From NCBI GenBank assembly GCA_002104905.1, contig MCFE01000313.1, forward strand, positions 1 to 64,000: DNA of 64,000 nucleotides. Direction: 5' to 3'. The notes under the pieces were generated by a model. That model searched no databases. It saw nothing but the letters and a program-made list of their open reading frames with translations, and was not told where the DNA came from. Made by a program: the position numbers and the translations under genes. This DNA is from Basidiobolus meristosporus CBS 931.73 (taxonomy: Eukaryota > Fungi > Basidiobolomycota). This document shows, piece after piece, positions 61,148 through 64,000 of the stretch (the first letter of the stretch is position 1; each line of letters starts with the position of its first letter).

Positions 61148-64000
61148 TGTTGTAAAAATTTGTATTTCCACCTGAATATTCACCTAACTTACTCACTTAA
61201 ATCATCACCTTCCAATCCTAGAGAATACTGACCAAATTCCTTGTTGGGATTTACTTAGAATATTTTCACCAAAATACCAGGTACCCAGAACATGAAAATT
61301 CTCAAAGTTGTCCAAACAGCCCCAAACTTTGCACACATGTTCTTGGGACCTTCCTTAATCTATTCTACGTGCTTGTAATGCCAAGACCATGTAAAAGTAT
61401 AAATACCACTTTTACGTTCAATAAATCATTAAGTGAAAACCACATAATCTACTTGTTCTCCAAATCACTTCCAATATCTCCAAGACTCTTACAACAGGTT
61501 ATGAGCCCCAAGCTGTCACTCTCTGCAATGTCTACTACTGCTATTACTGGAATTTTTTCCTCTGCTGAAAAGTTGGATGGCTCTAACTACCAAGTGTGCA
61601 AGGTGAAGATGAAGATGCTGCTACAAGAAAGAGGCCTTTGGGATATTGTCATGGGAGAAGAATGCCCTCCTAAAAATGTGGGAGAGGAAGCCTTAAAGTA
61701 CCAGAAGAAAGAACAAACTGCCTTTAACTGCATTTGCCTTAATGTCAAGGACAAATTGCTAATTCAATGCTCAAGAGCAAAACCAGCAAAGAATGCCTGG
61801 AAGGCATTAGAAGACACCTACCAGTCATGTTCAGCTGCCAAGAAAATGTATCTGAGAAGAAAAATTTTTACTACAAAGATGCTGCCAGGAGAAGAAATGA
61901 AAAATCTAATTAACAGAATTACCCTGCTGGTAGATGAGATGGAATCTATGGGTGTACCAACTACTGATGAGGATGTGATAGTTACCATCCTGAATAGCCT
62001 GACAGACAAGTTCCAGGGCCTTGTATCAGCCCTAGAGTCCAGAACTGAAGATTTGACCTTAAATTACGTATATGGAAGGCTCCTGGATGAAGAATTAAGA
62101 AATCAAGTGCCAATAAGAAGGAAGAAGAAAATGCTTTAATAAGCAATGATAACCAACAAAGGAGGTACCCAAGACCCTACAAAGGCAACAGCAACCTATT
62201 TTGCAACTACTGCAAAAGGAAAGGACACACATCAGACCGGTGTTTCAAAAAGAGAGATTATCAGCAAAAGAAGCCTGAATATGGAAATGCTGCAACAACT
62301 GAAGATAGACTATTCATATCTGCACTAAATATGACCACAAACAAGGATTCTCAGTCGTGGTATATTGATTCTGGAGCTTCTCAACACTTTACACACCAAA
62401 AAGAACTTTTTACCCAATATCAAGAAATTCCAATTAAGAAGGTTTTCATGGGTGATGATAGAACCCTTGATGCAGTGGGAGAAGGAACTATCCAAGTAAA
62501 CCTTAGAAGCAGTGAAGGAAGCCACACACTGACATTTAAAGAAGTACTCTATGTACCAGAAATAGCCAAGAACCTACTCTCTGTAAGCAAGGCCACAGCA
62601 GAAGGACTCAGTTTCAGTTTTGACAATTTTGGATGCAGGATCACTGATCAAAATGGTGCCCATATTGCTTTGGGCATCAGAGATCAGAATCTATACAAGT
62701 TGACTTATATTCCATCATATCTGGAAGCCAATATAAGTAACTTAAATGAAGAAACACCAATGCTTTCGCACAGGAGATTTGGACACATCAATTTTGATTA
62801 TTTGTATAAAATGATCAAAGATCAGCTAATTTCTGGAGTGAAAATTGTTCCCCCAGCTAATTTGGAGCACTGTGAAGCCTGCATATATGGAAAACAAGCC
62901 AGACAACCGTTCAAGAGCTCTGGGTTAATCAAAACTAAGAAAAAATTAGACCTAATTCACTCAGATCTGTGTGGACCTATGCAAAATTTATCCTTAGGTG
63001 GGATGAAGTAATTAATCACTTTTATTGATGATCATACAAGATACACATGGGTCTACTTCATGGAGAGAAAGGAAGAAGCTCTGTCTAAGTTCAGGGAGTT
63101 TAAAGCCATGGTGGAGAGAGAAACTGGTGAAAAAATCAAGAAAATATGCTCTGACAATGGTGGAGAATATACCTCAAAACTCTTCATCCACTTCTGCAAA
63201 ATTCATGGGATAAAGCAAGAGACTACTGTACCATACTCCCCACAGCAAAATGGAGTAGCAGAACGAGCTAACAGATCAATAATTGATGTGGCAAGATCTA
63301 TGATCCATGATCAAAAATTATCCTATGATTTTTGGGTGGAATCAGTTGCCACTGCTGTATATCTTAAAAATAGGAGTAATAACAGAATACTTCGTGATTC
63401 TACTCCATTTGAAGCATGGTATGGATACAGACCAAGTGCAGAACATCTAAGAATATTTGGGTGTACAGCATATGCCAAAAAACTGGCCGGAAATCAGTCA
63501 AAATTTGAGCCAAAAAGTGTAAAATGCATATTTTTGGGCTACTGCAATGAGAGTAAGGCATACAGACTCTACAATACCAAAGCAAAGAAGCTTATCAAGT
63601 CCAGGGATGTGTTGTTTGATGAAAATTTAAAATTTTCACAAAAAATGACATCAGATGATGACAAAAATTTGATCTCAAGTCCACCAATTGGCAGGATTGA
63701 ATCAGAGCAAAACAATGAAAATTTTTTCACTCCAGAGGACTCTGCAACTGTGGTTCAGCCAGAATCAGTGCCCAGGAATATCCCAGAAGTGATCATTCCA
63801 GTATCAAATGCCCGGAGATCAAATTGGACAAGAAATAGCCCAAGTTACTATATTAATGAGGGTACAAACTTAGCCTAAGCCTATTCAGTCCATATTGATG
63901 AGCCCCAGACTGTAAAAGAGGCCCTAAATAGCCCTCAGACAAAGTTTTGGAGATCTGCAATGACTGAGGAATATCAGGCCCTGATGGAAAATCAAACTTG
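61148..64000 (+). mobile_element. Copia element D, 5' part (LTR 61148-61496, PBS, gag-protease-integrase, start of RT); runs off the window
   Basis: SAEKLDGSNY gag, CNYCKRKGHTSDRC knuckle, WYIDSGASQH protease, HRRFGH/CEAC, HSDLCGPM, SDNGGEY, PQQNGVAER, EPQTVKEAL...W..AM.EEY. Lesions: -1 nt at ~62100, TAA at 63009-63011 and 63876-63878. Confidence 0.95.
61497..61508 (+). promoter_or_regulatory. Primer binding site complementary to the tRNA-iMet anticodon arm (half-tRNA, Ty5/copia type)
   Basis: GGTTATGAGCCC immediately after LTR end ...TTACAACA; reverse complement of GGGCTCATAACC. Confidence 0.88.

Noticed and set aside
62090-62140. Programmed gag-pol frameshift in Copia D
   Set aside because: Copy C has the extra A (AAGAAAATCAAG) and reads through in frame; Copia elements normally use one ORF, so this is a lesion or error.

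Overview
Eukaryotic genomic DNA from an early-diverging (non-Dikarya) fungus. Short GT-AG introns, a CBM19 mucin and TRIM37 suggest a Zoopagomycota/Mucoromycota lineage such as Basidiobolus (inference only). A gene-dense, CpG-normal core (~1.2-50.1 kb) lies between CpG-depleted transposon debris (1-1.2 kb and 50.1-64 kb). Genes in order: secreted DUF3472-like protein (-), ~1,900-aa repeat mucin with C-terminal CBM19 (three 1-nt indels), annexin, NIPA-like transporter, AVT-type amino acid transporter, TRIM37-like RING/B-box/MATH ligase with an extra Pcf11-like zinc finger, dynactin DCTN3 (-), small membrane protein, SAM/coiled-coil tail-anchored protein (-), PRP43 with an (EKK)16 tail, FHIP/FAM160, DUF924 (-), glutathione peroxidase, bHLH factor, ABHD4/5-like hydrolase, dual-specificity phosphatase (-, frameshifted), RPS3, a head-to-head near-identical pair of 758-aa HAM1-like genes forming a ~5.3-kb palindrome around a CRE-rich 580-bp promoter, and PUT2. 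The right end holds a three-level nest of Copia elements with a Ty5-type half-tRNA primer site, a decayed CACTA-like element, probable Gypsy remnants and a fourth Copia running off the window. Best leads: the gene palindrome with polar gene-conversion signature, TRIM37 with its unusual zinc finger, the bacterial-type DUF3472 gene, the higher-order-repeat mucin and the CpG-loss signature. All family assignments are by motif recognition; no searches were run.
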